A stretch of 64,000 bases of DNA from Cyclobacteriaceae bacterium (GCA_041749015.1 JBGTCD010000155.1:9068-73067); one strand, 5' to 3'. Positions 47,198 to 58,216 are shown, counted from the stretch's first letter. A program made the numbers and translations. The notes: a model not told the origin generated them from the sequence alone.

Positions 47198-48244
47198 CTA
47201 TTCCTGAGGATAAACCTCAAGGTCAATGGTGTAGGATTTTTCCTTTAGCTCGGGAAGGAGCAGGTAAAATTCTTCCCGGACCCATTTTATAACACTATCT
47301 GCGGTGCTCTTGGAAGCTGACCCCTGAACTTTTACGCTCGGCTCATCCTGATGGGTTTCAGAAGTAATGATCAATTGTATTGATTCAAATGCAGCAACAT
47401 CAATTAGCTCATTGAGCCATTGAATCCAGGATTTATATATAAGGCCGGGATTAATCAGGGTATCCTGGTCTACAATAAAGTAATTGACTTTCCAGGGTGG
47501 TGATTTTATGGTTGTTTCAGCTCCAGGCACTGCATACTGCTTCATTTGACTCAGCTCTTTTTTCCGTACAGCATATCCTGCCGCTTCTTCACTGGCAACA
47601 GGTTTCACAGCATCGGTATCCAACTTTTCTGCTTTAGGGTAGTCTTCCGCTATTTCTTCGGCCGTTCCTGCATGTGTGATCTCATCCCTTTTTGCATTAG
47701 CAGTTCTTAATTCGGATACGGCAAGGACATCTTCATCAGGCACACCCGTTTCATCCAATGTGGTATACCTTTCGGTGTCTCTTGGCTGGGCAGGTACGGG
47801 TTCGGGGGATTCAGGAATATTTTTTTCTCTTTTGACGGAAGTTGGTTCCTCTTCCGGGCGTGCCAAATCTTCCGAACTTTCTAATGGCATTGTATCCAGA
47901 GACTTAGCCTCTTCCTCCTGGGTCACCATGGTGATGGAGTCGGTTTTTTGAGGAGATTGCTGAATGAAATAGTAGCCCAGGGGAATAAAAATAGCCAGGA
48001 TTACCACTGCTGCTGCTACCCCAATCCACGGGAAGGATTTTTCAGGTTTAATGGAGATTCTTCTTTTTAAGGCATCAAGGGTTGCTGCTGGGTAGTCGTC
48101 CAGGGAAAGTCCTTCGATAGCCTCCTTTAAAAAAGGATCTTTTTCGGCAGCCATGCGGATCTCATCCTGCTTATCCTGTGGCAAGGTGCCGGAGAGATAA
48201 GCAAGCAGCTCTTCCTGAGTATAATATGGTGGCTTAGGACTCAT
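47198..48244 (-). CDS. putative anti-sigma factor (single TM)
   Basis: Overlaps the upstream ECF sigma gene by 11 nt. The N-terminal cytoplasmic segment LAYLSGTLPQDKQDEIRMAAEKDPFLKEAIEGL is followed by one TM helix and an acidic extracytoplasmic region. Confidence 0.6.
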   Translation of the reverse strand: MSPKPPYYTQEELLAYLSGTLPQDKQDEIRMAAEKDPFLKEAIEGLSLDDYPAATLDALKRRISIKPEKSFPWIGVAAAVVILAIFIPLGYYFIQQSPQKTDSITMVTQEEEAKSLDTMPLESSEDLARPEEEPTSVKREKNIPESPEPVPAQPRDTERYTTLDETGVPDEDVLAVSELRTANAKRDEITHAGTAEEIAEDYPKAEKLDTDAVKPVASEEAAGYAVRKKELSQMKQYAVPGAETTIKSPPWKVNYFIVDQDTLINPGLIYKSWIQWLNELIDVAAFESIQLIITSETHQDEPSVKVQGSASKSTADSVIKWVREEFYLLLPELKEKSYTIDLEVYPQE

Positions 48245-48815
48245 GTTTACTTTCTATACAAATTTTAAGGTTTCTTTTCCCATTTTGGATGTGGCTTTTG
48301 ACTGATTTTAAGTCATACCCGGTGATTTCACAAATTTCCTGATATGACCTCCTCTCAAGGAAAAACAACCGCACACAGGTTTTTTGTTCATCTCTGAGAA
48401 TTTCCATACAGGATTCCAAATGCATTATTTTTTCCTCCTCAACCCATAGATGCTCTGAATCCTCAGATTCCATAAAATTATCGGTGTTATTATCAATCAC
48501 CGCCATGAAGGGCTGCTTTTTTTCAGACCTGAGGCGCATCAGACAATGATTTTTGGCGACAGAATACAACCAGGAGTTGAAGTTGCTGATCTCATGCTTT
48601 TGCACGAGTTCGGGAAGTTTTTCGAATACCTCCATGACGGCATCCTGTCCGTCTTCTTTATTGCGGAGGTACTTCATGGTGACACCGTATACATAGTGGA
48701 GGTACCGATTATACAGCGTAGCGATGAGGGAGATTTCTTTTTCTGTCTTGTAAAGGGCGATAAGTGCCTCATCCGAGGCCTCTGAATGGCTACCAGAATC
48801 CTTTTTAAAAAACAT
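48234..48815 (-). CDS. ECF-type RNA polymerase sigma-70 factor
   Basis: Region 2 (DGQDAVMEVFEKL..NFNSWLYSVAKNHCLMRLR) and region 4 HTH (RSYQEICEITGYDLKSVKSHIQNGKRNL). Confidence 0.85.
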   Translation of the reverse strand: MFFKKDSGSHSEASDEALIALYKTEKEISLIATLYNRYLHYVYGVTMKYLRNKEDGQDAVMEVFEKLPELVQKHEISNFNSWLYSVAKNHCLMRLRSEKKQPFMAVIDNNTDNFMESEDSEHLWVEEEKIMHLESCMEILRDEQKTCVRLFFLERRSYQEICEITGYDLKSVKSHIQNGKRNLKICIESKHES

Positions 48816-49241
48816 GAGATAAATTGAAATCTACTGGAAATATACAGAAATCATTCCAATACCATAAAATAGAAAAGGAGCCCGGGAGGCTCCTTTTCTT
48901 AACCTAAACCTAAACCTATAGAATAATTACCATTCGTAATTACCAATGATAAAACAATTCCTGTGCCAAAATCAAAATTCACCTTATATGCCCTTTTTCA
49001 GGGACTTTAAAATATTTAATGTCTCAGAATAGGACACCATTGTTCGAAAAATTATTAATTTGGGAAATTGTTAGGAATGAAAGTGAAATTTGGGAATTGA
49101 TCCTCTTTTATTTTTTAATCCTGGAGCGACCCCAACAGTTAAAGAAAGAATTTGTTAGTTTAATAATCAGCGGGTTACAACTATGAAGCCGTTGATACGT
49201 TTTTGGTTAATGTAAACCTAGAATAAATCCTGCGCATTGCT

Positions 49242-49823
49242 ATGGCCGAGTACAAGGGCAAATCCTATTCAAAAAAACAAAAGGAAGCAATTTTCGATAA
49301 TGAATTCCTTCCACACATCAATTCTATGTATAATTTTGCCTATCGCCTCACTTTTGACGAAGATGATGCAAAGGATTTGGTGCAGGATACTTATCTTAAA
49401 GCTTTCCGGTTTATCGAATCCTTCGAACAAGGAACTAATGCAAAAGCGTGGTTGTTTCGGATTCTAAAGAATAGTTTTATCAATGACTTCAGAAAGAAGA
49501 GTAAGGAACCGGCCAAGGTAGACTATCAGGAGGTTGAAACTTATTATAATTCTGACGACATTGACCAGGCTATTACCACTGACCTAAGGATAGAAGCGGT
49601 TCAGGATATGATTGGGGATGAGATCTCCAATGCTTTGAATTCATTGGATGTGGACTTCAGGACGGTAATCATCCTTTGTGACCTGGAAGGTTTTAAGTAT
49701 GATGAAATGGCTAAGATACTTGACATACCAATCGGAACTGTGCGATCAAGATTGCACAGAGCCAGAAATCTGCTTAAAGAAAAACTAAGAAGTTACGCAT
49801 CAAAAATGGGCTATAAAAATTAA
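49242..49823 (+). CDS. ECF-type RNA polymerase sigma-70 factor
   Basis: Region 2 (DAKDLVQDTYLKAF..AKAWLFRILKNSFINDFRK) and region 4 (FKYDEMAKILDIPIGTVRSRLHRARNLL). Confidence 0.9.
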   Translation: MAEYKGKSYSKKQKEAIFDNEFLPHINSMYNFAYRLTFDEDDAKDLVQDTYLKAFRFIESFEQGTNAKAWLFRILKNSFINDFRKKSKEPAKVDYQEVETYYNSDDIDQAITTDLRIEAVQDMIGDEISNALNSLDVDFRTVIILCDLEGFKYDEMAKILDIPIGTVRSRLHRARNLLKEKLRSYASKMGYKN

Positions 49824-49827
49824 TCTT

Positions 49828-50118
49828 ATGGACGCGGCATCCAATGGAAACCAAGAAAAGAGTAATCATATCCCAAAGGATATGAAAGGCGCAACCGAAG
49901 AACAAAAAACCTGCCTTGAAATTCTCAATCTGGTACTCGACGATGAGGCCAGCCCCGAGCAAAGAGAATATTTCAAAAAACACCTCCAGAACTGCATGCC
50001 CTATTATGAGATTTTTTCAGTCGACAAACTGATCAAGGAAATGGTCAGAAATAAATGCAACTGCCATCCCGTACCTGAGGATCTGGTAGATTCAATAAAA
50101 AGTAAACTCAGCGATTAA
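49828..50118 (+). CDS. small cytoplasmic anti-sigma factor (zf-HC2-like)
   Basis: 96 aa immediately downstream of the sigma gene, with Cys/His pattern C..HLQNC..C.C. Confidence 0.6.
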   Translation: MDAASNGNQEKSNHIPKDMKGATEEQKTCLEILNLVLDDEASPEQREYFKKHLQNCMPYYEIFSVDKLIKEMVRNKCNCHPVPEDLVDSIKSKLSD

Positions 50119-50136
50119 ATTTCCTAATTTATATTG

Positions 50137-50709
50137 ATGCGCAAAGGCAAAGCCATTATTTTTTCAGCCCCTTCAGGGTCAGGCAAGACCACCATCGTAA
50201 AGCACTTAGAAGCCAACAACCCAGACCTGGGGTTTTCTATTTCTGCCTGCACCAGGGACCGCAGAGGTAGGGCAGAGGAAGAGGGTAAGGACTATTATTT
50301 TCTGACTCCTGAGGAATTTAAGAAAAAGATTGATAATGAAGATTTTGTAGAGTGGGAGGAGGTGTACGAAGGTAATTTTTACGGCACCCTCAAATCTGAA
50401 GTTCAAAGAATCTGGGACACAGGCAAGAATGTAATCTTTGATGTGGACGTGAAAGGTGGACTTAGTCTCAAGAAGTATTTTGGTGATGATGCTTTGGCCA
50501 TATATGTAAAGGTACCTGATATGGAGGTGCTAAAAGCGCGCCTCATTCAAAGGGGCACAGAGACAGAAGACAGCCTCTCCAGACGGCTGTATAAAGCCAA
50601 ATTTGAAGCTACATTCCAGGATCAGTTTGATGTGGTATTGGTCAATAATGACCTGGATACCTCCCTGAAAAAAGCACAGGAAATTTATGATGACTTTAAA
50701 TCGAGATAA
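50137..50709 (+). CDS. gmk: guanylate kinase
   Basis: P-loop [10 protein letters not shown] and the GMP-binding pattern [22 protein letters not shown]. Confidence 0.92.
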   Translation: MRKGKAIIFSAPSGSGKTTIVKHLEANNPDLGFSISACTRDRRGRAEEEGKDYYFLTPEEFKKKIDNEDFVEWEEVYEGNFYGTLKSEVQRIWDTGKNVIFDVDVKGGLSLKKYFGDDALAIYVKVPDMEVLKARLIQRGTETEDSLSRRLYKAKFEATFQDQFDVVLVNNDLDTSLKKAQEIYDDFKSR

Positions 50710-50799
50710 GAATGCAAATGTTCTTGCAAACAATACCGCCCCCATACCTTCCTCATCCTACCAATTAACCTTAGCTTGCGGTAAAAACATCCCTTCTGC

Positions 50800-51378
50800 A
50801 TGAAAAAAACCGGCCTCTTTTTTGGTTCATTTAATCCCATTCACATGGGTCACATGATCATCGCCCAGGTGATGGCCGAAACTACCGATATGGATGAGGT
50901 ATGGTTTGTGGTTTCCCCTCAAAACCCCCTTAAAGATGGGAAGCATCTTCTCCATGAGTTTGACCGATATGATATGGTTAGTGCTGCAGTACATGATAAT
51001 TATAAATTCCGGGTTACAGATATTGAATTTCACATGCCCAAGCCGAGCTATACCATCGATACATTGGTCTACCTTGGTGAGAAAAATCCAAAGCGGGAGT
51101 TCAGCCTGGTGATCGGAGCCGATAACCTGAAGCATTTTCATAAATGGAAAAATTATGAAGTGATTTTGAGGGACTATCCTTTGTATGTATATCCACGGCC
51201 CGGGGCCAAAATGCCTGCCAAATATATGGTCCTTCCAAATGTTCATCTGGTAGATGCGCCAATGGTTGACATTTCCGCTACATTCATCAGGAAATGCATA
51301 CAAAATGGCTATTCCGTTCAATATCTTGTGCCCGATTCCGTTTCGGAATTAATCCGTGGGCGCAAGTACTATATTTAA
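50800..51378 (+). CDS. nadD: nicotinate-nucleotide adenylyltransferase
   Basis: GSFNPIHMGH (HxGH) and ISATFIR (ISSTxxR-like) motifs. Confidence 0.9.
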   Translation: MKKTGLFFGSFNPIHMGHMIIAQVMAETTDMDEVWFVVSPQNPLKDGKHLLHEFDRYDMVSAAVHDNYKFRVTDIEFHMPKPSYTIDTLVYLGEKNPKREFSLVIGADNLKHFHKWKNYEVILRDYPLYVYPRPGAKMPAKYMVLPNVHLVDAPMVDISATFIRKCIQNGYSVQYLVPDSVSELIRGRKYYI

Positions 51379-51379
51379 G

Positions 51380-53995
51380 ATGGATATATTTTTTTTAAGA
51401 GTCTTCACAGTGATTTTGGGCCTTTTAGCCTCTACAGGGGCCCTTGCCAATGGCATTAAGGGTCACCTGTACGGAGAAGATGGGGTTTCCCTGCCCTTTG
51501 CCACTATTTATGTCGTTGAAACCGGCTCTGGCACGACTACTAATGCCAGCGGCTTTTATGAGGTCAGGCTGGAGCCGGGCACCTATACGGTGGTGTTTCA
51601 GTATATGGGATATACCTCACAATCTCATAGTTTCACAGTCACCACCGGATTCATCGAAAAGGATATTATACTCACTCCCCAGGTACTTAATCTAAAGGAA
51701 GTAGTAGTGAAGGCTGGAAAGGAGGATCCCGCTTATACCATAATGCGCAAAGCCATAGCCAAGGCCAAATTCCACACCCAGCAATTGGACAGTTATCAAG
51801 CCAGAGTTTACATCAAAGGATCAGGCAGGCTGTTAAATGCGCCATTTTTTGTAAGGAAAACCCTTCGAGAGGAAGGTATAGATTCCACTTTTTCATTTGT
51901 AAGTGAGTCGGTTAGCGAGATCACCTACGAGCGCCCCAATGTTTATAAAGAGCGAGTGATTTCTATCCGCAGCTCTGGTGAGGATAACAATACCAGCCCC
52001 ATGGCTTATATCAATGGCAGCTTTTATGAAAGCGAGGTAGGAGGTGCGATAAGTCCGCTTTCACCCAAGGCATTTTCTTATTACCGGTTTGAGTATGAAG
52101 GCACCTTCTCTGAAAGGGGCAATGAGATCAGTAAAATCAGAGTGATTCCCAGATCACAAGGGGAAGGGGTATATGAGGGATTTATTTATATCGTAGAAGA
52201 TCAGTGGAGTATTCATAGCCTCAGGCTCAAAACCAATCGCTTTGGGATTGACTTTATCATCAAGCAAATTTTTGCCTATGTAGACCAGAAGGTCTGGCTA
52301 CCGGTGTCGCATCAATTCGATGTAACGGGTAAGGTTTTTGGTTTTAAATTCGAATATGACTACCTGGCCACGGTCAGCAACTATCAGGTGACCGTCAACC
52401 CTGAGATGAACATGGACTTTAAGGTCATTGATGAAAAGGTAAAAAAGGATTTGGCCCGGGAGCTGGAAAGTATTTCTGGTAAAGACACCGAGGCCATCAT
52501 GCAAAAGGCGGTGGCAGGAGAGGATCTTACCAGAAAAGAGTTGCGAAAAATCACCAAAGAATACGAAAAACAGGAGCGGGAAAAACAAGAGGAGCCGGAG
52601 GTACTGCTTTTTCAAAGTCAGGAGATCGATTCCCTTGCCTATAAAAAAGATTCACTGTATTGGTCTGAAATACGCCCAGTCCCACTGACTGAGCTTGAAA
52701 AAAAGGGCTATACCAAAATGGATAGTATGGCCGTGGAGCAGAAGAAAAAGGAAGAAGGCGATACTGCTACGGTCAAGAAAAGAAAAAGCTTTTCTCCTAT
52801 GGACATCCTCACCGGTACCCGTAGCAAAATAGGCGATAAAGCTTATTTCCGAACTGGGGCCATACACTCCTATTATAATACGGTAGAGGGTTACAACATT
52901 GAGACTGATCTGGCGGTATCCAAAACTTTTAAGAACAACCTATGGATGGAATTTGGCCCTACAGTTCGGTATGCTTTTTCCCGAAAGGTGGTGAATGGAT
53001 TTTTGACCTACAAGGTATCCCATGGCCCTTCGGAAAAGCGTGGGCATTTTGTGCTGAGCGGGGGTCGGTATATCAGCCAATTTAATGACGAGGAACCTAT
53101 CCATCCATTAGTCAATTCCATTACCTCTCTTTTTCTTTCGGGAAACTACATGAAATTATATGAAAAGGATTTTCTGGAGGGGACGTACCGTAAGCGACTC
53201 AGCGATAAGGTACTGATAAGAGGCGGGATGGAATGGTCACAGCGGTATCAGTTGGAGAATAATAATTTCACCCAAATTATTAGTTCAGACCGCAGGGAGT
53301 TGACATCCAATGCACCATATAATTTGGAGTTGGACACGGTGTCATTTCCTGTCCACAGGGCCGCAGTTTTCAATGCAGAAATCGAATACAAACCCTGGGT
53401 CAAATACAGGATGTTTAATGACAAGAAGATCCTGCTGGATGGCCGGTCTCCTGTTATCAGCATGAGGTACCGAAAAGGGGTACCTGGTATTGGTGGTGGT
53501 GTGGTGGATTTTGATGAGGTGTCTATGGGGTTCAAACATTACTTTAAAATAGGGGTGCGGGGCAAGATTGATGTCAAATTGAATGCAGGCGTATTCTTAA
53601 ATAACAGGGAAATGTATTTTATGGATTATCAGCATTTCCTGGGTAACAGAACGCCTTTTGTCACCACTGATCCTGTCGGCAGCTTCAGGTTGCTTGACTA
53701 CTATATATTCAGCACCAGTGATGCCTGGGTGAGTGGCCATGGCCATTACCAGTTCAGAAAGTTTCTCTTCACCCGCCTGCCATTTGTCAGAAGAATTGGG
53801 ATCAAAGAAAATCTCCTTGTGAATTACCTCAATACCAATACCTCACAGCATTACACTGAGCTTGGGTACAGTATTGATTATATCTTCAGGGTATTCAGGC
53901 TGGAGTTCATCTCCTCCTTTGTGGATGGAAAGTATTCCGACTTTGGCGTCAGGATTGGCATTGCTACCAACCTGGACCGGTTGTTTGGCAATTAA
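51380..53995 (+). CDS. DUF5686 / carboxypeptidase-like regulatory domain protein
   Basis: Signal peptide, then IKGHLYGEDGVSLPFATIYVVETGSGTTTNASGFYEV, then a large beta-rich C-terminal region. Confidence 0.7.
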   Translation: MDIFFLRVFTVILGLLASTGALANGIKGHLYGEDGVSLPFATIYVVETGSGTTTNASGFYEVRLEPGTYTVVFQYMGYTSQSHSFTVTTGFIEKDIILTPQVLNLKEVVVKAGKEDPAYTIMRKAIAKAKFHTQQLDSYQARVYIKGSGRLLNAPFFVRKTLREEGIDSTFSFVSESVSEITYERPNVYKERVISIRSSGEDNNTSPMAYINGSFYESEVGGAISPLSPKAFSYYRFEYEGTFSERGNEISKIRVIPRSQGEGVYEGFIYIVEDQWSIHSLRLKTNRFGIDFIIKQIFAYVDQKVWLPVSHQFDVTGKVFGFKFEYDYLATVSNYQVTVNPEMNMDFKVIDEKVKKDLARELESISGKDTEAIMQKAVAGEDLTRKELRKITKEYEKQEREKQEEPEVLLFQSQEIDSLAYKKDSLYWSEIRPVPLTELEKKGYTKMDSMAVEQKKKEEGDTATVKKRKSFSPMDILTGTRSKIGDKAYFRTGAIHSYYNTVEGYNIETDLAVSKTFKNNLWMEFGPTVRYAFSRKVVNGFLTYKVSHGPSEKRGHFVLSGGRYISQFNDEEPIHPLVNSITSLFLSGNYMKLYEKDFLEGTYRKRLSDKVLIRGGMEWSQRYQLENNNFTQIISSDRRELTSNAPYNLELDTVSFPVHRAAVFNAEIEYKPWVKYRMFNDKKILLDGRSPVISMRYRKGVPGIGGGVVDFDEVSMGFKHYFKIGVRGKIDVKLNAGVFLNNREMYFMDYQHFLGNRTPFVTTDPVGSFRLLDYYIFSTSDAWVSGHGHYQFRKFLFTRLPFVRRIGIKENLLVNYLNTNTSQHYTELGYSIDYIFRVFRLEFISSFVDGKYSDFGVRIGIATNLDRLFGN

Positions 53996-54552
53996 ATAGT
54001 TAGAATTTCCTCTTCTTTCTTGCTGAGCATTTCATCAATTTTGGTGGAGTACTGATCGGTAATTGCTTGCACCTTTTCCTCACCTCTTTTTACATCATCC
54101 TCTGAGATACCTTCTTTAAGCAGTTGCTTGAGAGAATCGTTGGTGTCTTTACGGATATTCCGAATGCTTATTTTCCCCTGTTCTCCTTCATGCTTTACCT
54201 GCTTGACCAGCGCTTTTCTTCTTTCTTCTGTAAGGGTGGGAATATTAATAATCACCTGCTCCCCGTCATTTTGAGGGTTAAGCCCAAGATTACTGTTTGT
54301 TATTGATTTTTCAATTTCATGCACCATGCCTTTTTCCCATGGCCGGATCATCAAGGTTCGGGCATCCGGGGTATTGACGGAGGCCACCTGATTGAGAGGG
54401 GTCATGGTGCCGTAATATTCTACCATTAAGCCATCCAGCATGCCGGGCATGGCTTTCCCTGCTCGGATTTTTAATAGTTCGGCTTGTAAATGAGTGATTA
54501 CTTTTTTCATAAGTGATTCAGCCTCATCCAAAAACATTTGAATCTCTTCCAT
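53992..54552 (-). CDS. frr: ribosome recycling factor
   Basis: 186 aa with the typical RRF sequence (LKIRAGKAMPGMLDGLMVEYYG..LTEERRKALVK). Confidence 0.95.
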   Translation of the reverse strand: MEEIQMFLDEAESLMKKVITHLQAELLKIRAGKAMPGMLDGLMVEYYGTMTPLNQVASVNTPDARTLMIRPWEKGMVHEIEKSITNSNLGLNPQNDGEQVIINIPTLTEERRKALVKQVKHEGEQGKISIRNIRKDTNDSLKQLLKEGISEDDVKRGEEKVQAITDQYSTKIDEMLSKKEEEILTI

Positions 54553-54563
54553 AGAGTTGATCT

Positions 54564-55268
54564 TTAGTTAATAAGCGTTCCTTTTTTATTCCCTTTCATG
54601 ATTTCCATGAGGTTACCTGGTTGGTTCATGTCAAAGACAATAATGGGCAGGTTATTTTCCTGGCAAAGGGTGAATGCTGTCATATCCATGATGTTGAGCC
54701 CTTTCTCATAAGCTTCCTGAAAACTCAGATTTTCATACCGGGTGGCATCAGGATTTTTTTCAGGATCTGAGGTATAAACCCCATCTACCCTGGTGCCCTT
54801 AAGTACCACTTCAGCCATGATTTCAATGGCCCTCAGGCTGGCGGTGGAGTCGGTGGTGAAATAGGGATTGCCTATACCAGCTCCGAATATCACCACACGA
54901 CCTTTTTCCAGATGGCGAACCGCGCGCCTCCTAATAAAAGGTTCGCAGACCTGCTCCATATTAATACCGGACATAAGCCGGGTAAAAAGGCCATTTTTTT
55001 CAAGGGCACTTTGCAGGGCCATGCCATTGATCACGGTGGCTAGCATCCCCATATAATCACCCTGCACCCGGTCGATACCGGAAGACTCTGCCTGCACCCC
55101 TCTGAAAATATTGCCTCCTCCGATTACAATGGCTACCTCTGTGCCTAATTCCACTACTGCTTTAATTTCAATGGCATATTGTTGCAACCGTTCGGGATCG
55201 ATACCATATTGCCTGTTGCCCATTAAAGATTCGCCGCTGAGTTTTAGGAGGATTCTTTTATACTTCAT
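54564..55268 (-). CDS. pyrH: UMP kinase
   Basis: [24 protein letters not shown], and an amino-acid-kinase fold. Confidence 0.95.
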   Translation of the reverse strand: MKYKRILLKLSGESLMGNRQYGIDPERLQQYAIEIKAVVELGTEVAIVIGGGNIFRGVQAESSGIDRVQGDYMGMLATVINGMALQSALEKNGLFTRLMSGINMEQVCEPFIRRRAVRHLEKGRVVIFGAGIGNPYFTTDSTASLRAIEIMAEVVLKGTRVDGVYTSDPEKNPDATRYENLSFQEAYEKGLNIMDMTAFTLCQENNLPIIVFDMNQPGNLMEIMKGNKKGTLIN

Positions 55269-55391
55269 TTTTACTTTTTTAAAGATGCAGGTTTTGTGAA
55301 GATTTAATTTTTGACCACCTTATATCTCCGGCCGATTTATCATTACTACTTGCAAATATAGGCAGGTAACCTGTAAAAACATGGCACCGGT

Positions 55392-55898
55392 TTAAAATTG
55401 AATGAGCACCTGATTTTTTTCTACTGATTCACCTTTTTTGACAAGCAATTTTTGCACGGTACCATCACCTTGTGCCTTGATCACATTTTCCATTTTCATA
55501 GCCTCCAAAATGACGAGGGGGGTGCCGGCTTTTACCTCGTCCCCTTCGTTTACTAGAAGTTCCAGAATAAGGCCTGGCATGGGGGCAGATATTTTTTTCG
55601 TACGGGCATCTGCTTTTTGATCGATCCCCATTTTTTCAAGGAGCAGGTCCATATCGCTTTTTATTTTAAAATCCATTAGAGACTGGTTGATCCTTAATGT
55701 GATTTCCTTTGCTTCAATATCCAGGTTGATCAGTTCACAGGTATAAACCTTATTGTCGATGATGATACTGTACCTGCCATCCGGCAACTTTTCAATATCC
55801 AGGCTTATTTTTTCCCCATCCACATCAATGTGTTCATGATCCAGATTAATTTTGAATACAGCTCCTCCCGAGGATACCTGAAAATTATGTTTACTCAT
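55392..55898 (-). CDS. biotin carboxyl carrier / biotin-lipoyl attachment domain protein
   Basis: C-terminal biotinylation motif LEAMKMEN within a lipoyl-like domain. Confidence 0.8.
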   Translation of the reverse strand: MSKHNFQVSSGGAVFKINLDHEHIDVDGEKISLDIEKLPDGRYSIIIDNKVYTCELINLDIEAKEITLRINQSLMDFKIKSDMDLLLEKMGIDQKADARTKKISAPMPGLILELLVNEGDEVKAGTPLVILEAMKMENVIKAQGDGTVQKLLVKKGESVEKNQVLIQF

Positions 55899-56000
55899 GG
55901 CTCAAATTAACTTAAATTTTTTCAACTCATAAAATTGGGGAGGGTTAAGATGCCCAAAACAGCCCCTGAGGGGGCATTAAAAATTTTTTAAAATCAAAAA

Positions 56001-56031
56001 TTTGAATATACCTGAAATCCCTCTATTTTTG
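56001..56031 (+). promoter_or_regulatory. candidate Bacteroidota sigma-A promoter for the tRNA-tuf cluster
   Basis: TTTG (56001-04) and TATTTTTG (56024-31, TAnnTTTG type) are separated by 19 nt. The element lies 59 nt upstream of tRNA-Tyr. Confidence 0.4.
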
Positions 56032-56089
56032 CACTTCCTTAAAAGGGAGGGCTCCGGAATTTTGGGCTTTTTTTGATGATAAGGTCTAA

Positions 56090-56172
56090 GGGGAGATACT
56101 CAAGCGGCCAACGAGGACAGACTGTAAATCTGTTGGTGTATGCCTTCGCAGGTTCGAATCCTGCTCTCCCCA
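56090..56172 (+). tRNA. tRNA-Tyr (anticodon GTA)
   Basis: Acceptor GGGGAGA/TCTCCCC, anticodon loop CTGTAAA, long variable arm, T-loop GGTTCGAATCC. Confidence 0.9.
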
Positions 56173-56326
56173 CTGAAAAATCATGCAGATTAGTATGCTA
56201 ATCTGGAATGTTTGTCTTATTTTTGCGGACCCATTTGGGCAATGCCGGAATAAGCCTGGACGCTGAAGGTAGGACACAGCATCAATTGCTTAAAAGAAAG
56301 CAATTAAATTTGAAGGTTTAGAATAA

Positions 56327-56399
56327 GCGGGAGTAGCTCAGCTGGTAGAGCGACAGCCTTCCAAGCTGTAGGTCGCGGGTTCGAACCTCGTCTCCCGCT
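56327..56399 (+). tRNA. tRNA-Gly (anticodon TCC)
   Basis: Acceptor GCGGGAG/CTCCCGC and anticodon loop CTTCCAA. Confidence 0.9.
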
Positions 56400-56444
56400 C
56401 ATAGAATAATAGAAGCCAAAAATTAATTTAAGCTTTTTTTATTT

Positions 56445-56516
56445 GCCGATGTAGCTCAGGGGTAGAGTACTTCCTTGGTAAGGAAGAGGTCACGGGTTCA
56501 AATCCCGTCATCGGCT
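56445..56516 (+). tRNA. tRNA-Thr (anticodon GGT)
   Basis: Acceptor GCCGATG/CATCGGC and anticodon loop TTGGTAA. Confidence 0.9.
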
Positions 56517-56629
56517 CTGGATATTTGCTCCGGAGTTTTTAGACGGGCAAATCCGGTGACCAATGTGTAGGAACAATAAATAAAATAAATAATAAACAAT
56601 TAATTAACTAAAAACAGGGATTTTCAAAT

Positions 56630-57817
56630 ATGGCAAAAGCAACTTTTGACCGTTCGAAGCCACACGTAAATATCGGTACCATTGGTCACGTTGACCACGG
56701 TAAGACCACTCTTACTGCGGCTATTTCTAAAGTACTTTCTGAAAAGGGCCTTGCAGATATGAGAGATTTTTCTTCTATCGATAACGCCCCTGAGGAAAAG
56801 GAAAGAGGTATTACTATCAATACCTCACATGTTGAATACCAAACAGAAAAAAGACACTACGCTCACGTAGATTGTCCAGGTCACGCTGACTATGTTAAAA
56901 ACATGGTTACCGGTGCCGCTCAAATGGACGGCGCTATCCTCGTGGTAGCTGCTACTGATGGCCCTATGCCACAGACCAGGGAGCACATCCTTTTGGCACG
57001 TCAGGTAGGTGTACCTGCTTTGGTTGTATTTATGAACAAAGTGGATTTAGTAGATGATCCTGAATTGCTCGAACTGGTAGAAATGGAAGTGAGAGAATTA
57101 CTTTCTAGCTATGATTTCCCAGGTGATGATATTCCTATTATTCAGGGATCTGCTCTTGGCGCTCTTAACGGAGAAGCTGAGTGGGTCACTAAAGTAGAAG
57201 AATTGATGACTGCGGTGGATGATTATATTCCGATTCCTGAGCGTCTGATTGACAAAGATTTCTTGATGCCTGTAGAGGATGTATTCTCTATCACCGGCCG
57301 TGGTACTGTTGCTACCGGTCGTATCGAAAGAGGTGTAGTTAATAGTGGAGAAAGCGTTGACATCCTGGGTATGGGTGCCCAGAACCTAAAGTCTACCGTA
57401 ACAGGTGTGGAAATGTTCCGCAAGATTCTGGATCGCGGTGAGGCTGGTGATAACGTAGGACTGCTCTTAAGAGGTATCGAAAAAATAGATATCAAAAGAG
57501 GTATGGTTATCTGTAAGCCTGGCACTGTGAAACCACACAAAAAGTTCAAAGCTGAGGTATATGTGCTTTCAAAAGAAGAAGGTGGCCGTCATACCCCGTT
57601 CTTTAACAAATACCGTCCTCAGTTTTTCTTTAGAACTACTGACGTAACCGGTGAAATTATGCTTCCTGCGAATGTAGAAATGGTAATGCCTGGAGACAAT
57701 GTTTCCATCGAGGTAGAATTGATCAGTACCATTGCAATGGAGAAGGGATTGCGGTTTGCAATACGTGAAGGAGGAAGGACTGTTGGATCAGGTCAGGTTA
57801 CTGAAATCCTGGACTAA
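56630..57817 (+). CDS. tuf: elongation factor Tu
   Basis: 395 aa with [18 protein letters not shown] and NKVD motifs. Full-length EF-Tu. Confidence 0.98.
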   Translation: MAKATFDRSKPHVNIGTIGHVDHGKTTLTAAISKVLSEKGLADMRDFSSIDNAPEEKERGITINTSHVEYQTEKRHYAHVDCPGHADYVKNMVTGAAQMDGAILVVAATDGPMPQTREHILLARQVGVPALVVFMNKVDLVDDPELLELVEMEVRELLSSYDFPGDDIPIIQGSALGALNGEAEWVTKVEELMTAVDDYIPIPERLIDKDFLMPVEDVFSITGRGTVATGRIERGVVNSGESVDILGMGAQNLKSTVTGVEMFRKILDRGEAGDNVGLLLRGIEKIDIKRGMVICKPGTVKPHKKFKAEVYVLSKEEGGRHTPFFNKYRPQFFFRTTDVTGEIMLPANVEMVMPGDNVSIEVELISTIAMEKGLRFAIREGGRTVGSGQVTEILD

Positions 57818-57839
57818 TTCCCGGTAAGAATTTTAGTTG

Positions 57840-57878
57840 AAAAGCGTTTCTGATTTTTTCAGAAACGCTTTTGCTTTC
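57840..57878 (+). terminator. rho-independent terminator after tuf
   Basis: 14-bp stem aaaagcgtttctga / tcagaaacgctttt with a 5-nt T loop. Confidence 0.75.
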
Positions 57879-57923
57879 TAAATTCTTTGTCGTAACTTTG
57901 CAGACCATTTTGGGCTGCGGTAT

Positions 57924-57996
57924 ACGGGTGTAGCTCAATTGGTAGAGTAGCGGTCTCCAAAACCGTTGGCTGGGAGTTCGAGTCTCTCCACCCGTG
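57924..57996 (+). tRNA. tRNA-Trp (anticodon CCA)
   Basis: Acceptor ACGGGTG/CACCCGT and anticodon loop CTCCAAA. Confidence 0.9.
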
Positions 57997-58012
57997 CAAA
58001 ACAAAAATATAG

Positions 58013-58204
58013 ATGCAAACATTGCGGTTATTTATTAAAGATTCCATCGAAGAGATGCGGTATAAGGTTACCTGGCCTAAATACAGAGACCTTCAAAACA
58101 GCTCTGTTTTGGTGCTGATTGCCTCAATGATTTTTGCATTAATGATCGGCGGATTCGATTTAGTATTCGAAACGGTCATGGAATGGTTTTATAGCGCATT
58201 CTAA
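58013..58204 (+). CDS. secE: preprotein translocase subunit SecE
   Basis: 63 aa with a single C-terminal TM helix, in the conserved position between tRNA-Trp and nusG. Confidence 0.85.
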   Translation: MQTLRLFIKDSIEEMRYKVTWPKYRDLQNSSVLVLIASMIFALMIGGFDLVFETVMEWFYSAF

Positions 58205-58216
58205 TTGGTAAGGATA

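Noticed and set aside
56173-56326. Two 8-bp hairpins (cagattag-tatg-ctaatctg; aattgctt-aaaaga-aagcaatt) in the tRNA-Tyr/tRNA-Gly spacer.
   Set aside because: They are most simply explained as processing structures within a polycistronic tRNA precursor, and they have no repeat copies elsewhere in the window.
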